Part shown: one piece after another, positions 20,925 through 31,000 of the stretch
Layout of the letters: every line of letters starts with the position of its first letter
Position numbering within the stretch: the stretch's first letter is position 1
Made by a program: the position numbers and the translations under genes
The notes under the pieces: model-generated
Seen by the model: only the letters and a program-made list of their open reading frames with translations
The model's database searches: none
What the model was told of the DNA's origin: nothing
DNA from: an uncultured Fibrobacteria bacterium
GTDB lineage: Bacteria > Fibrobacterota > Fibrobacteria > UBA11236
Assembly (NCBI GenBank): GCA_963716395.1
Contig: OY970309.1
Coordinates: 2,496,001 to 2,560,000 of the forward strand
Length of the DNA stretch: 64,000 nucleotides
Direction: 5' to 3'

Positions 20925-21246
20925 GATGTCTCCAAAGCTAATTCGGCCTCCGATGATTGGAAGCTTCCCGGCCCGGTGGTAGGAGGGGAGTGGCCGTTTT
21001 GGAGGGAATGCGGGCACTGGGGCGCGACGTGTTTCTTTCGGGTGAAAAATCCACAAGCCTTTCACCCGGACCCCTTTTTTCCTTGTGCGCAATTCCGGCG
21101 AGCCCGCTATCTTCACCTGGAGTTGCCTCAATGCAGCTCCGCGAAAGCGGAAAAAGGAACGGATTTTAGTGGAAAGTAAACGCACGGATGGCGGTTTTTC
21201 GCCGGCATCGAGTCGCTTCACCGTTTTAAGAAGGAGCGCTTTGCGC

Positions 21247-22611
21247 ATGGGAAAATCGATCCATTTGAACCGATGGCATTTTGTGATGGCCTTCCTGATC
21301 GCATTCGGAATGCAGCAAAAATCACCTTTAGCCGCGACCGGTCCGTGTGATATCTATGCCGCGGGAGGAACTCCGTGTGTCGCCGCCTACAGCACGGTGC
21401 GAGCCCTCTCCAGCACGTACACGGGTCCCCTGTACCAGGTCCGGAAAGCGGGCGGTGGCACGAAGGATATTTCCGATACCAATGGATTCGCAAACTCGGC
21501 GGCGCAAGACGCGTTTTGCGGCACCGACTCCTGTTCGATTTCGATCCTTTATGATCAATCTGGGAAGGGCAACAATCTCATCAAAGCGCCGGCAGGCTGT
21601 TACACCGGGACGGCATCCCTGCCCGATAATGAATCCAACGCCAAAGCCCGCTCCTTGATGGTCAACGGCCATAAAGTCTATGCCCTGTACATGATTCCCC
21701 AGGATGGTTACCGCAACAATACCACCACGGGCATGCCCACCGGCAGCCAGGCGGAGGGCATCTACGAAATTGCGGACGGCAAGCGCTATGGCGGCGCCTG
21801 CTGCTGGGACTTCGGAAATGGGTCGACGAACAATTGCAGCGGCGGTACCGGCAATATGGCTGCGCTCTACTTCGGAACCTCCTACTGGGGCAATGGAGCG
21901 GGCAAGGGGCCCTGGTTCATGGCCGATTTGGAGGCCGGAGTTTGGGCGGGCGGTTCCAATCCGGGCGATCCCGGATGGGGAGCGCTGAGCGGTGCGCACC
22001 CGGCGAATCCGAACAGCCCTTCCGAGACCATGGATTATGCCTTCGGCATTCTCAAGAACAATGCCACGAATTACGCGATTCGCGTCGGAGACGCCCAGTC
22101 CGGAAACCTTACGACAGCCTTCGATGGGAACGTTCCCTCGGTCCTGCATTGGACTCTGAATGGAGCGGTGCTCCTTGGGATCGGCGGCGACAACAGCAAC
22201 TCGTCCTACGGAACTTTCTTTGAAGGCGCCATCACCTCCGGCCGGCCGGCCGATTCCACCGACGCTGCGGTCTTGAAAAACGTCCAGGCCGCCGGTTATG
22301 GGAGCAGCGCTTCGGCGGTGCACTACGACCTGCCCTCCGGCGCGTCGCCGGCATCCCGTTTCCAAATCTCCTACCATCCTTCCCTGGGCAACGCCGTCAT
22401 CCGCTATACCCTGGATGCTTCGCAGCGCGTCACCCTCAATGTTTTCGATCATCGGGGGAAAGTGGTCGCCCGGCTGGTCGACGGCGTGGCTGCGACCGGC
22501 AATCACCAGGCGGTGTGGAATGCCAATCGCGTTTCAGCCGGCATTTACATCGTGAGCCTGGCCATCGACGGGCACACGGAATGGGCGGGGAAAATCGCCG
22601 TCAGCAGATAG
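21247..22611 (+). CDS. Secreted alpha-L-arabinofuranosidase B (GH54 catalytic domain) with a C-terminal FlgD-Ig/sorting-like domain
   Basis: GPCDIYAAGGTPCVAAYSTVRAL, ACCWDFGN, GPWFMADLEAG, LGIGGDNS..GTFFEG. C-terminal VTLNVFD.RGK.V..L...WN....GIY. Confidence 0.88.
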   Translation: MGKSIHLNRWHFVMAFLIAFGMQQKSPLAATGPCDIYAAGGTPCVAAYSTVRALSSTYTGPLYQVRKAGGGTKDISDTNGFANSAAQDAFCGTDSCSISILYDQSGKGNNLIKAPAGCYTGTASLPDNESNAKARSLMVNGHKVYALYMIPQDGYRNNTTTGMPTGSQAEGIYEIADGKRYGGACCWDFGNGSTNNCSGGTGNMAALYFGTSYWGNGAGKGPWFMADLEAGVWAGGSNPGDPGWGALSGAHPANPNSPSETMDYAFGILKNNATNYAIRVGDAQSGNLTTAFDGNVPSVLHWTLNGAVLLGIGGDNSNSSYGTFFEGAITSGRPADSTDAAVLKNVQAAGYGSSASAVHYDLPSGASPASRFQISYHPSLGNAVIRYTLDASQRVTLNVFDHRGKVVARLVDGVAATGNHQAVWNANRVSAGIYIVSLAIDGHTEWAGKIAVSR

Positions 22612-22682
22612 CCGGCGCCGAAACCAACGCGTTCCGGGGCGCGTTCACCTCGTGGCCGAGTCCGCGGCTCCGCTCTTTTTTT

Positions 22683-23285
22683 TCAAGGCAAAGGCAACAC
22701 CACGGCGGTATCCGCCCTTCCAGGCGGTAGCGCAAGCAGCATGATTTTCGGGTTGCCGGGATCGGCCATGGTCCCGATGCCGAGCAAGGGAATGCTGTCC
22801 GCGGAAACATGGGACAAGGTGAAGGCGGCTCCGGTATCGGCGGAATCGCGCAGGGCGTAAGCCTCGGTGCCGGGGATGAAGATGTAGGTCTCCGGCGGGG
22901 TAGAATCCGGCAAGCGCACGATCACCCGCCGGGCCGTATCCAACGCGGCCGCCAGGGTCATGGTGGTGCCGGTCGCCACCGTCACCGCGTGCATCCAGTC
23001 CATGCGCCGCAAGGTGGGGTGCACTACTTCCAACGAATAGCGGCCGGGCGCCATGTCGGGAAAGCCGAAACCGCCGTTCGAGTCCGATAGCATGGTGCGG
23101 GTACGGCCGGTGGGATCGCCCAGGACGGGGTTATAGTCTTCGGGCATAAGCGTGACCCGCGCCGAAGCCACGACCATGCCGTGGTCGCGCACCTGGCCCT
23201 GCACCAAAGCGTTGTCTACGTCGGTGCCTCCGCTGCAGCCGAGAATCCCCGCCACGGCCAGCGCCGCGGGCAGCCGCCGCATCAC
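22683..23285 (-). CDS. Lipoprotein with a carboxypeptidase-regulatory-like (beta-sandwich) domain
   Basis: Lipobox ILGC, GQVRD...VTL, SDSNGGFGF..PGRYSL, IPGT. Coupled to the TIGR02147 gene by an overlapping stop/start. Confidence 0.7.
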   Translation of the reverse strand: MMRRLPAALAVAGILGCSGGTDVDNALVQGQVRDHGMVVASARVTLMPEDYNPVLGDPTGRTRTMLSDSNGGFGFPDMAPGRYSLEVVHPTLRRMDWMHAVTVATGTTMTLAAALDTARRVIVRLPDSTPPETYIFIPGTEAYALRDSADTGAAFTLSHVSADSIPLLGIGTMADPGNPKIMLLALPPGRADTAVVLPLP

Positions 23286-24133
23286 GCTTCCGTCTCCTGG
23301 GTGAGGGGGAACAGATTGACGTTTAATTGAAACACGGTGCGCGCGCCCGGTTCGGAGGCCGCCAATTCCAGCAGTTCGAAGCGCAGGGCTTCGATGCGCT
23401 TCAAGGCTGTTTCATACCCCTGTCGCGACAGGCTCATCGTCGTGTTGGTCACGCTGCGTCGCTCCTTGGGCAGATGGAATACGGCATTGCGCGCCAGCTC
23501 GGCCATTTGCAGGTGATACGCGCGCGCCGCCACCGACAGGGCCTGTTTCGCGGCCATGTCGCCTGTGGCCAAGGTGCGCTCCTTCGGATGCAGCCGGTGC
23601 TTGGCGTCGCGCTGGACAAAGCCATGGTCGATCAGGAAGGCCAGGGCCGCGCGAATATCGCGCGCTGGCACGGGAAAAACCAGTTGGCGGGCGATCCACG
23701 CGGCGTCTTCCCGGAAATCCGGCAAGGCCGTCATTTCCCGGATGGCCGGCACATACCAATGCCGCAAATAAGCGGCGTCGGAATTTTCCAGCCCGCCGGG
23801 CTGGTTGCGGCGGTGCCGTTGATCGATGCGTTCGAGGTAATGCCGTTTGGCCTCCAGGCTTTTGGACTGCGCGAACTGCACCAGATCCTGAAAGTAGGCC
23901 GCGGCTTCGGTGCCCAGTTCCATGGCCTGGGCCAGTTGCAAGGCGCTTTCGGCCGTCAGGTTTTTTTTCCCCTCCATCACCAGTTTGATGAAGTTCGGCG
24001 AGGAAAACCCCGCGGCTTTGGAAAAGGCGCGGAAGGAATAGCCGGGAGTATTCCGTTTGTGATATTCGTAATAGTCACGCAACCATGCGCGATAATCCGC
24101 ATACAGGAATAAAGCGTCATCCCGCGTCTTCAT
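23282..24133 (-). CDS. TIGR02147 family protein (N-terminal HTH plus DUF4423-like domain)
   Basis: YADYRAWLRDYY..K...YSFRAFSKAAGFSSPNFIKLVMEGKKNL, WYVPAIRE, VFQLNVNLFPLT. Confidence 0.88.
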   Translation of the reverse strand: MKTRDDALFLYADYRAWLRDYYEYHKRNTPGYSFRAFSKAAGFSSPNFIKLVMEGKKNLTAESALQLAQAMELGTEAAAYFQDLVQFAQSKSLEAKRHYLERIDQRHRRNQPGGLENSDAAYLRHWYVPAIREMTALPDFREDAAWIARQLVFPVPARDIRAALAFLIDHGFVQRDAKHRLHPKERTLATGDMAAKQALSVAARAYHLQMAELARNAVFHLPKERRSVTNTTMSLSRQGYETALKRIEALRFELLELAASEPGARTVFQLNVNLFPLTQETEA

Positions 24134-24191
24134 AGCGAGCACCCCAAGGTAGGATCCGCGCGCCCGGGGCTCCATGGGGCGGCGGGCGCAT

Positions 24192-24295
24192 TGTATTCCA
24201 CATAGTATATAAAAATTATTTGGAATACATAAATGCCCATTTAAATCGATTTAAATTGGATATTTTGCATAATAAATGTATTCTACAGAATTCAA
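24192..24295. promoter_or_regulatory. AT-rich divergent promoter region with palindromic operator candidates
   Basis: TGTATTCCA-N20-TGGAATACA (24192-24229), perfect palindrome ATTTAAATCGATTTAAAT (24239-24256), TGTATTCT-AC-AGAATTCA (from 24278). Confidence 0.6.
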
Positions 24296-24316
24296 TAAAC
24301 CCAATAAGGAGGCAGG

Positions 24317-26161
24317 ATGAATCCTGAATGCAAAGCCACAACCCTGACGCGGTGTATTCTGGGCGCGAGCGCGCTGGCCCTGGGATTGACCGGGTGTATG
24401 ACCGGAAACGGCGATCAGGCCCGAACCAAAACCGTGACCGTCACCGTGATCGACAAGTCCCAAAGCTATGCCAGCTACGAATCCGGCGCGTACGGCATGG
24501 CGCCCACTCCGCCGGGCGATAGTCTGGTCTTCGACTTCGATGCGCCGGTGGGGGCGCGCTTCAGCTTCGCCTCGATGTTCGGCCAAAGCAACGACTGGTT
24601 CTTCGCGCCCGACACCATGGGCATCGCGCTGTACGATTCCTCGGGGCAGCCGATATCCAGTGACGTAACCAGCCAGGTGCGGGTCTGGGACGCGGGCACC
24701 GAGATGGATGAGCCGATCGGACAAGGCCCCAATCAGGCGCCGCGGCAGCCGGCTCCCAACACCGGGCCGGCCGATCCCGACAACCGCGTGCGGCGTGTGC
24801 CGGATTATCCGGTGGGCGTCGCCGGCTCGGCGCCCACGACTCCGGGCGACAGCCTGTCGTTCGAGTTCACCGCGCCCATGGGCACGAGCCTCAGCTTCGC
24901 CACCATGTTCGGCCAGAGCAATGATTGGTTCTTCGCGCCCGACACCGAAGGCATTTCCTTGTGGGACGAAAACGGAAATCCGGTGAGCGGCGACGTGACG
25001 CCGCAGATCAAATTATGGGATGCCGGCACCGAGATGGACGAACCCATCGGCATGGGTCCGAACCAGGCGCCGCGGCAACCGGCGCCCAACACCGGGCCCG
25101 CCGATCCCGACAACAAGGTGCGGCCGGTCGATGATACGGCCTATAACGACGTATCGAAAACCATGCAGGCCATGCTGACTTCGCTCGGCGATGGCACGTT
25201 CCGCCTGACCTTCCACATTCAAGATTCGTCGGTCACCCCGATTTCACCCGTGGTGTATCAGGTGCATCGCGGCCACAACGCCCTGTTCACGCCGGGCATG
25301 CCCGATGCCGGCAAGGGATTGGAACATCTGGCCGAAGACGGCAATCCCATGGCGTTGGCCGCCAGCCTGGCGCCCTATGACTTCGCCGACGCCGGCGCCA
25401 ACATGAAGCTCGCGTTGACTTCCCTGGGGGATGGAAAATTCGAAGCGAAGATCCGCGTGGCCGACGATGGCGTCACGCCCCTGAGTCCGGTTTCATGGTC
25501 GGTGCACAACGGCAGTTCACCGCTGTTCTCACCCGGTCAACCGGCTCCGGATGGACTGGAAAGCCAGGCCGAAGACGGCAACCCTGCGGGTATGGCGGCC
25601 CGACTGGCCTTGTCGACAGGCATCGGCACGCCGCTGTCGCCGGTGGTGTGGGCCGTAGCCGCGGGCCGGCAAAACCTGTTCTTTACCGAAGGCGAGCCCG
25701 ATTACGGGCGGGGGCTCGAAGCCCTGGCCGAAGACGGCAATCCCGCGCCGCTGCACACTTCGCTGCAAGCCATGGGTTTGCAAACGGGCACCGTGGGCAC
25801 GGCTCCGATTGTGGGCGGAGGCGAGTTTTCTTTCGACCTCGACGTGAAGGAGGGCGATACGCTTTTCCTGGCCACAATGTTCGGGCAAAGCAATGACGGG
25901 TTCTATGCGCCCGGCGGCCAGGGCATCGCGCTGTGGGACGGATCGGCCCCCCGTACCGGCAATGTGACGTCGGAAATCCGGTTCTGGGATGCAGGCACCG
26001 AAGCCAATGAACCGCCCGGCGTGGGCGCCAATCAGGCGCCGCGGCAGTCGGCTCCCAACACCGGGCCGGCCGATCCCAACAACAAGGTGCGCATCCATGA
26101 CGACGGCTACTCCTATCCGCCCGTGTCCGATGTGATCGAGGTCGACTTGTCGACGAAATAG
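24317..26161 (+). CDS. Spondin_N-domain repeat lipoprotein
   Basis: Lipobox LTGC. Repeated SFASMFGQSNDWFFAP...WDAGTE and PLSPVV...GLE.LAEDGNP motifs. RBS AAGGAGG. Confidence 0.85.
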   Translation: MNPECKATTLTRCILGASALALGLTGCMTGNGDQARTKTVTVTVIDKSQSYASYESGAYGMAPTPPGDSLVFDFDAPVGARFSFASMFGQSNDWFFAPDTMGIALYDSSGQPISSDVTSQVRVWDAGTEMDEPIGQGPNQAPRQPAPNTGPADPDNRVRRVPDYPVGVAGSAPTTPGDSLSFEFTAPMGTSLSFATMFGQSNDWFFAPDTEGISLWDENGNPVSGDVTPQIKLWDAGTEMDEPIGMGPNQAPRQPAPNTGPADPDNKVRPVDDTAYNDVSKTMQAMLTSLGDGTFRLTFHIQDSSVTPISPVVYQVHRGHNALFTPGMPDAGKGLEHLAEDGNPMALAASLAPYDFADAGANMKLALTSLGDGKFEAKIRVADDGVTPLSPVSWSVHNGSSPLFSPGQPAPDGLESQAEDGNPAGMAARLALSTGIGTPLSPVVWAVAAGRQNLFFTEGEPDYGRGLEALAEDGNPAPLHTSLQAMGLQTGTVGTAPIVGGGEFSFDLDVKEGDTLFLATMFGQSNDGFYAPGGQGIALWDGSAPRTGNVTSEIRFWDAGTEANEPPGVGANQAPRQSAPNTGPADPNNKVRIHDDGYSYPPVSDVIEVDLSTK

Positions 26162-26178
26162 CGCCGGCTCGAAATCCG

Positions 26179-26209
26179 GGTCGGCTGCAAGCATGCGCAG
26201 CCGACCTTT
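26179..26209. terminator. Hairpin between the convergent spondin and ilvC genes
   Basis: GGTCGGCTGC-aagcatgc-GCAGCCGACC-TTT. Confidence 0.55.
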
Positions 26210-26238
26210 GGAGCCTCTTCAAAGTTCCGGTACGCCGA

Positions 26239-27240
<1,002 letters not shown>

Positions 27241-27325
27241 TTGCGCTGCCTTTCGAAAGGAAAGATTTCTTAATTTAGCAACCCGGCTTCGGTTTCCCAG
27301 TGGCCCGCGCCGCAACGCCCCGATC

Positions 27326-28690
27326 ATGTTCGATCAACTCTCCCAGAAACTCGAAGCGGTCTTCAAGAAGATCCGCGGCCAGCATCAGATCAACGAGGAA
27401 AACGTGGCGGAGTCGCTGCGCGAAATCCGGGTGGCGCTGCTGGCCGCCGATGTGAATTTCCAAGCTGTCAAAGACTTTATCGCGGCCGTCAAAACCAAGG
27501 CTTTGGGCGCCGAAGTACTGCAGGCGGTGTCGCCCGGCCAGATGATAGTGAAAATCCTGCATGACGAGATGGTGGCTTTGCTCGGCGGCGAAGCGGAGGA
27601 GCCGCGCTTTGCCGGCGCGCCTCCGGCGGGCGTGCTCATGATGGGGTTGCAGGGATCGGGCAAAACCACGGCCTGCGGAAAATTGGCCCTGCACCTACGC
27701 GACAAGTGGAAGCGCAAACCTTTTCTCGTGGCCTGCGACGTCTACCGGCCCGCGGCCATCGAGCAGTTGAAGGTGCTGGGTAAACAAATCGGCGTTCCGG
27801 TGTATGACGAAGGCGTGGGCGATCCCGTGCGCATCGCCGAGCACGGTCGGCGGGCCGCGCGCGACGCCGATTGCGACGTGGTGATCTTCGACACGGCCGG
27901 ACGCCTGCAAATCGACGACGATCTCATGGTGGAACTGGAGCGTATCCAGCAGGCGGTGAAGGCGCAGGAACGTTTTTTCGTGGCCGACGCCATGACCGGG
28001 CAAGAGGCCGTCAACGTGGCCAAGGTTTTCAACGACCGGCTCGATTTCACCGGCGTCATTCTCACCAAGATGGATGGTGATGCCCGCGGCGGCGCAGCCC
28101 TGTCGATCAAGTCGGTGACGGGCAAGCCCATCCGTTACATCGGCACGGGCGAAAAACTCGACGCCCTGGAGCTGTTCCACCCCGATCGCGTGGCCTCGCG
28201 CATTCTCGGCATGGGCGATGTGCTGACCCTGGTCGAAAAGGCGCAAGAGGTCTACGACGAAAAGCAGGCCAAACAGTTCGAAAAAAAATTCCTCAAGAAC
28301 AAATTCGACCTCGACGACTTCCTGTCGCAACTGCGACAGATCAAGAAAATGGGATCGGTCAGCGATCTGGTGGCGATGATTCCGGGTATGGGGAAGCTGG
28401 CCGGCACCCAGGTCGACGAAAAGAGATTCGTGCGCGTCGAAGCCGTTCTCTGCTCCATGACGGCGCAAGAACGGCGGCAGCCCAAAATCATCGACGGCAG
28501 CCGTCGCCGGCGCGTGGCCCTGGGCAGCGGCACCTCGCTGCAAGAGGTCAATCAGGTGTTGCGCCAATTCGAGCAGATGCAGAAAATGATGAAGCAGGTT
28601 TCGGGAATGGCCGGCAAGGCCGGGGGGCTGAAGCAATTGCAGCGCATGGTGCAGCAGCGGGGCGGCATGCCCGGTATGCCGGGGTTTTGA
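27326..28690 (+). CDS. ffh: Signal recognition particle protein
   Basis: [35 protein letters not shown], Met-rich M domain. Confidence 0.98.
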   Translation: MFDQLSQKLEAVFKKIRGQHQINEENVAESLREIRVALLAADVNFQAVKDFIAAVKTKALGAEVLQAVSPGQMIVKILHDEMVALLGGEAEEPRFAGAPPAGVLMMGLQGSGKTTACGKLALHLRDKWKRKPFLVACDVYRPAAIEQLKVLGKQIGVPVYDEGVGDPVRIAEHGRRAARDADCDVVIFDTAGRLQIDDDLMVELERIQQAVKAQERFFVADAMTGQEAVNVAKVFNDRLDFTGVILTKMDGDARGGAALSIKSVTGKPIRYIGTGEKLDALELFHPDRVASRILGMGDVLTLVEKAQEVYDEKQAKQFEKKFLKNKFDLDDFLSQLRQIKKMGSVSDLVAMIPGMGKLAGTQVDEKRFVRVEAVLCSMTAQERRQPKIIDGSRRRRVALGSGTSLQEVNQVLRQFEQMQKMMKQVSGMAGKAGGLKQLQRMVQQRGGMPGMPGF

Positions 28691-28740
28691 AAATGGCCGA
28701 CGCTGCGCGTTTTAACGGTTCCCGGGAACTTCAAAAACCC

Positions 28741-28768
28741 TTGCTTTCGGCGGACCTTTTGCTATCCT
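28741..28768 (+). promoter_or_regulatory. Putative sigma70 promoter of the rpsP operon
   Basis: TTGCTT-N16-TATCCT with an extended -10 TG. RBS GGAGG before the TTG start. Confidence 0.45.
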
Positions 28769-28793
28769 TCCCCCTCCAAAGCAGGAGGCCGTT

Positions 28794-29210
28794 TTGGCTG
28801 TTGTCATTCGTTTAGCCCGCATGGGCCACCGTAACCGACCCTTTTACCGCATCACAGTGGCCGATTCCCGTGTGGCGGCTACGGGTAAATTCCTGGAACA
28901 AATCGGATATTACGATCCCATCCAGAATCCGCCGCTGGTGAAGGTGAACGAGGCCAAAGCCTTGCTGTGGCTGAAGAACGGCGCCCAGCCCAGCGATACG
29001 GTGCGCGCTTTGTTGCATCGCCAGGGCATTTTGGAAAAATCGCAATTGATGGCCGCCGGCAAAGCCGATGCCGCCGCTCCGCTTAAGCCGCGGGAATGGG
29101 GCAAGAAAAAAATCAAGGTGCACAAGAAGGCCAAAGAAGCGGCCGCCAAAGCCGCGGCCGAGGCGAAACCCGCCGAAGCCAAACCGGCTGAAGCTGCGCC
29201 GGCCGCTTAA
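28794..29210 (+). CDS. rpsP: 30S ribosomal protein S16 with an Ala/Lys-rich C-terminal extension
   Basis: VVIRLARMG..RPFYRI.VADSR, GYYDP, GAQPSDTV. Confidence 0.97.
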   Translation: MAVVIRLARMGHRNRPFYRITVADSRVAATGKFLEQIGYYDPIQNPPLVKVNEAKALLWLKNGAQPSDTVRALLHRQGILEKSQLMAAGKADAAAPLKPREWGKKKIKVHKKAKEAAAKAAAEAKPAEAKPAEAAPAA

Positions 29211-29326
29211 CGACTCGGGCGCCTGTCGGCCGGGATTCTTGGCCGGCGGGGTGGTGGGTTTTTCCGTCAGCCTTGCGGGAGCGAATCCTTCCAACCCGAA
29301 ATAACGGGACCCGGGAGCTTTATCCC

Positions 29327-29857
29327 ATGGCCGAAATTCCCGAAGACTTGGTGCTGGTGGGACGCTTTCGCAAGCCCTTCGGATTGTTCGGCGAAATCAA
29401 AGTCGATCCCGAAACCTTCGACTTCGAGCGCCACTCCAAGTTGAAATCGGTTTTTTGCCGTCTGCGTGCGAAGGGCGAAATAGCGGCCATGACCGTGCGC
29501 GCCAGCCGCGCCGATAGCCAATTCTGGTATCTGCAATTCGAAAATTGCCATACCCCTGAAGCGGTGGGGCATTTGAGCGGGGGCCAGCTTCTCGTCGCCG
29601 CCGCCGACCGGCTCGAATTGCCGTCGGGCATGGTGTATTTCTCCGACATGCCCGGTTTGGCCGCCGTCGATAGCCAGGGAAATCCGCTGGGAACCGTGCA
29701 GGAGGTGTTGGAGAACGGCGCGCAGGAGTGTTTGATCCTGCTTACACCGCGCGGCGAAGTGGCGGTGCCCTGGAACGATCACTTTGTCCGGCGCATCGAT
29801 TTGGCCGGTAAAGCCGTGGAACTCGACATCTCCGCTCTGCGCGGCATCTTATTCTAA
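29327..29857 (+). CDS. rimM: Ribosome maturation factor RimM
   Basis: VGRFRKPFGLFGEIKV, PRC barrel, conserved rpsP-rimM-trmD-rplS order. Confidence 0.93.
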   Translation: MAEIPEDLVLVGRFRKPFGLFGEIKVDPETFDFERHSKLKSVFCRLRAKGEIAAMTVRASRADSQFWYLQFENCHTPEAVGHLSGGQLLVAAADRLELPSGMVYFSDMPGLAAVDSQGNPLGTVQEVLENGAQECLILLTPRGEVAVPWNDHFVRRIDLAGKAVELDISALRGILF

Positions 29858-29859
29858 CC

Positions 29860-30618
29860 ATGCGCATCGATCTCATCGCGCTGTTTCCCGAAACCTTCGC
29901 CGCGCTGGACTCCAGCATTCCGGGGCGGGCGCAAACCATGGGCGCTCTGACGGTGCGCCGCCACGCCTTACGCGATTACGCCATCAACAAGCATGGACAG
30001 GTCGACGACGCGCCTTACGGCGGCGAAGCGGGCATGGTGCTGCGGCCCGAACCCTTGGCGGCGGCCATCGAGGCCGTGTTTGCGAATCTGGGGGCGCGGC
30101 CGCATGTCGTGCTCATGAGCGCCCAGGGCGCGCTGTTGCATCAGGAACGCGTGCTGGCATTGGCTGCGCTGGAAAATCTTCTTATCATTTGCGGCCACTA
30201 TAAAGGCGTCGATCAGCGGATATGCGACGCCTATGTTGACGAAGAAATCAGCATAGGTGACTACGTGGTTTCGGGGGGCGAGCTTCCGGCCATGGTCCTC
30301 TGCGACGCGGTGGCGCGCGTGTTGCCGGGCGTTTTGCACGACGGCGAGTCGGCGGAAACCGATTCGTTTCGCCGGCCGGGCCGGCTGGGTTGGCCGGTGT
30401 ACACGCGTCCGCAGGAGTTTTCGGGACGCGCCGTGCCCGACGTGCTGCTCTCCGGGCATCACGAAAATATTGAGACCTGGCGGCGCCGGGAGAGTTTGAA
30501 ACTGACGCAAAAAAACCGTCCGGATCTGTGGCAACGGCATGCGCCCACCGAAGAGGAAAAACGCCTGCTGGTTCGCACCGAAACCAAGAGCCGGATGGAT
30601 TCGAGAAAGGAAGATTGA
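29860..30618 (+). CDS. trmD: tRNA (guanine-N1)-methyltransferase
   Basis: [44 protein letters not shown]. Confidence 0.97.
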   Translation: MRIDLIALFPETFAALDSSIPGRAQTMGALTVRRHALRDYAINKHGQVDDAPYGGEAGMVLRPEPLAAAIEAVFANLGARPHVVLMSAQGALLHQERVLALAALENLLIICGHYKGVDQRICDAYVDEEISIGDYVVSGGELPAMVLCDAVARVLPGVLHDGESAETDSFRRPGRLGWPVYTRPQEFSGRAVPDVLLSGHHENIETWRRRESLKLTQKNRPDLWQRHAPTEEEKRLLVRTETKSRMDSRKED

Positions 30619-30619
30619 C

Positions 30620-30982
30620 ATGCACCCCACCGTCGCCACCATCCACCGCAGCGGCCTGCGCGCCGACGTCCCCGAATTCCGCGCGGGCGACACCGTTAGC
30701 GTGGACTTCAAAGTCATCGAAGGCAACAAAGAGCGCATCCAGACTTTTTCCGGCGTGGTGATCCAGCGCCGCGGCTCCGGTATCTCCGAAACCTTCACCG
30801 TGCGCAAGATCTCCAGCAACATTCCGGTGGAGCGCATTTTTCCCCTGCACTCCCCGCGTCTGACCGGTCTCAAGGTGAACCGTCTGGGCAAGGTGCGCCG
30901 CGCTCGATTGTTTTATATGCGTGGTTTACAGGGGAAGGCCGCGCGCATCAAGTCGCGCAAGGAAACCGGCGCCGGGGCCTAG
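30620..30982 (+). CDS. rplS: 50S ribosomal protein L19
   Basis: [37 protein letters not shown]. Confidence 0.97.
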   Translation: MHPTVATIHRSGLRADVPEFRAGDTVSVDFKVIEGNKERIQTFSGVVIQRRGSGISETFTVRKISSNIPVERIFPLHSPRLTGLKVNRLGKVRRARLFYMRGLQGKAARIKSRKETGAGA

Positions 30983-31000
30983 CTGTCCGAACTGGCGCGT

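Noticed and set aside
24680-26090. Near-identical DNA repeats as a CRISPR array or mobile repeat
   Set aside because: They are in-frame coding repeats of the spondin protein with third-position variation and irregular spacing. No cas genes are present.
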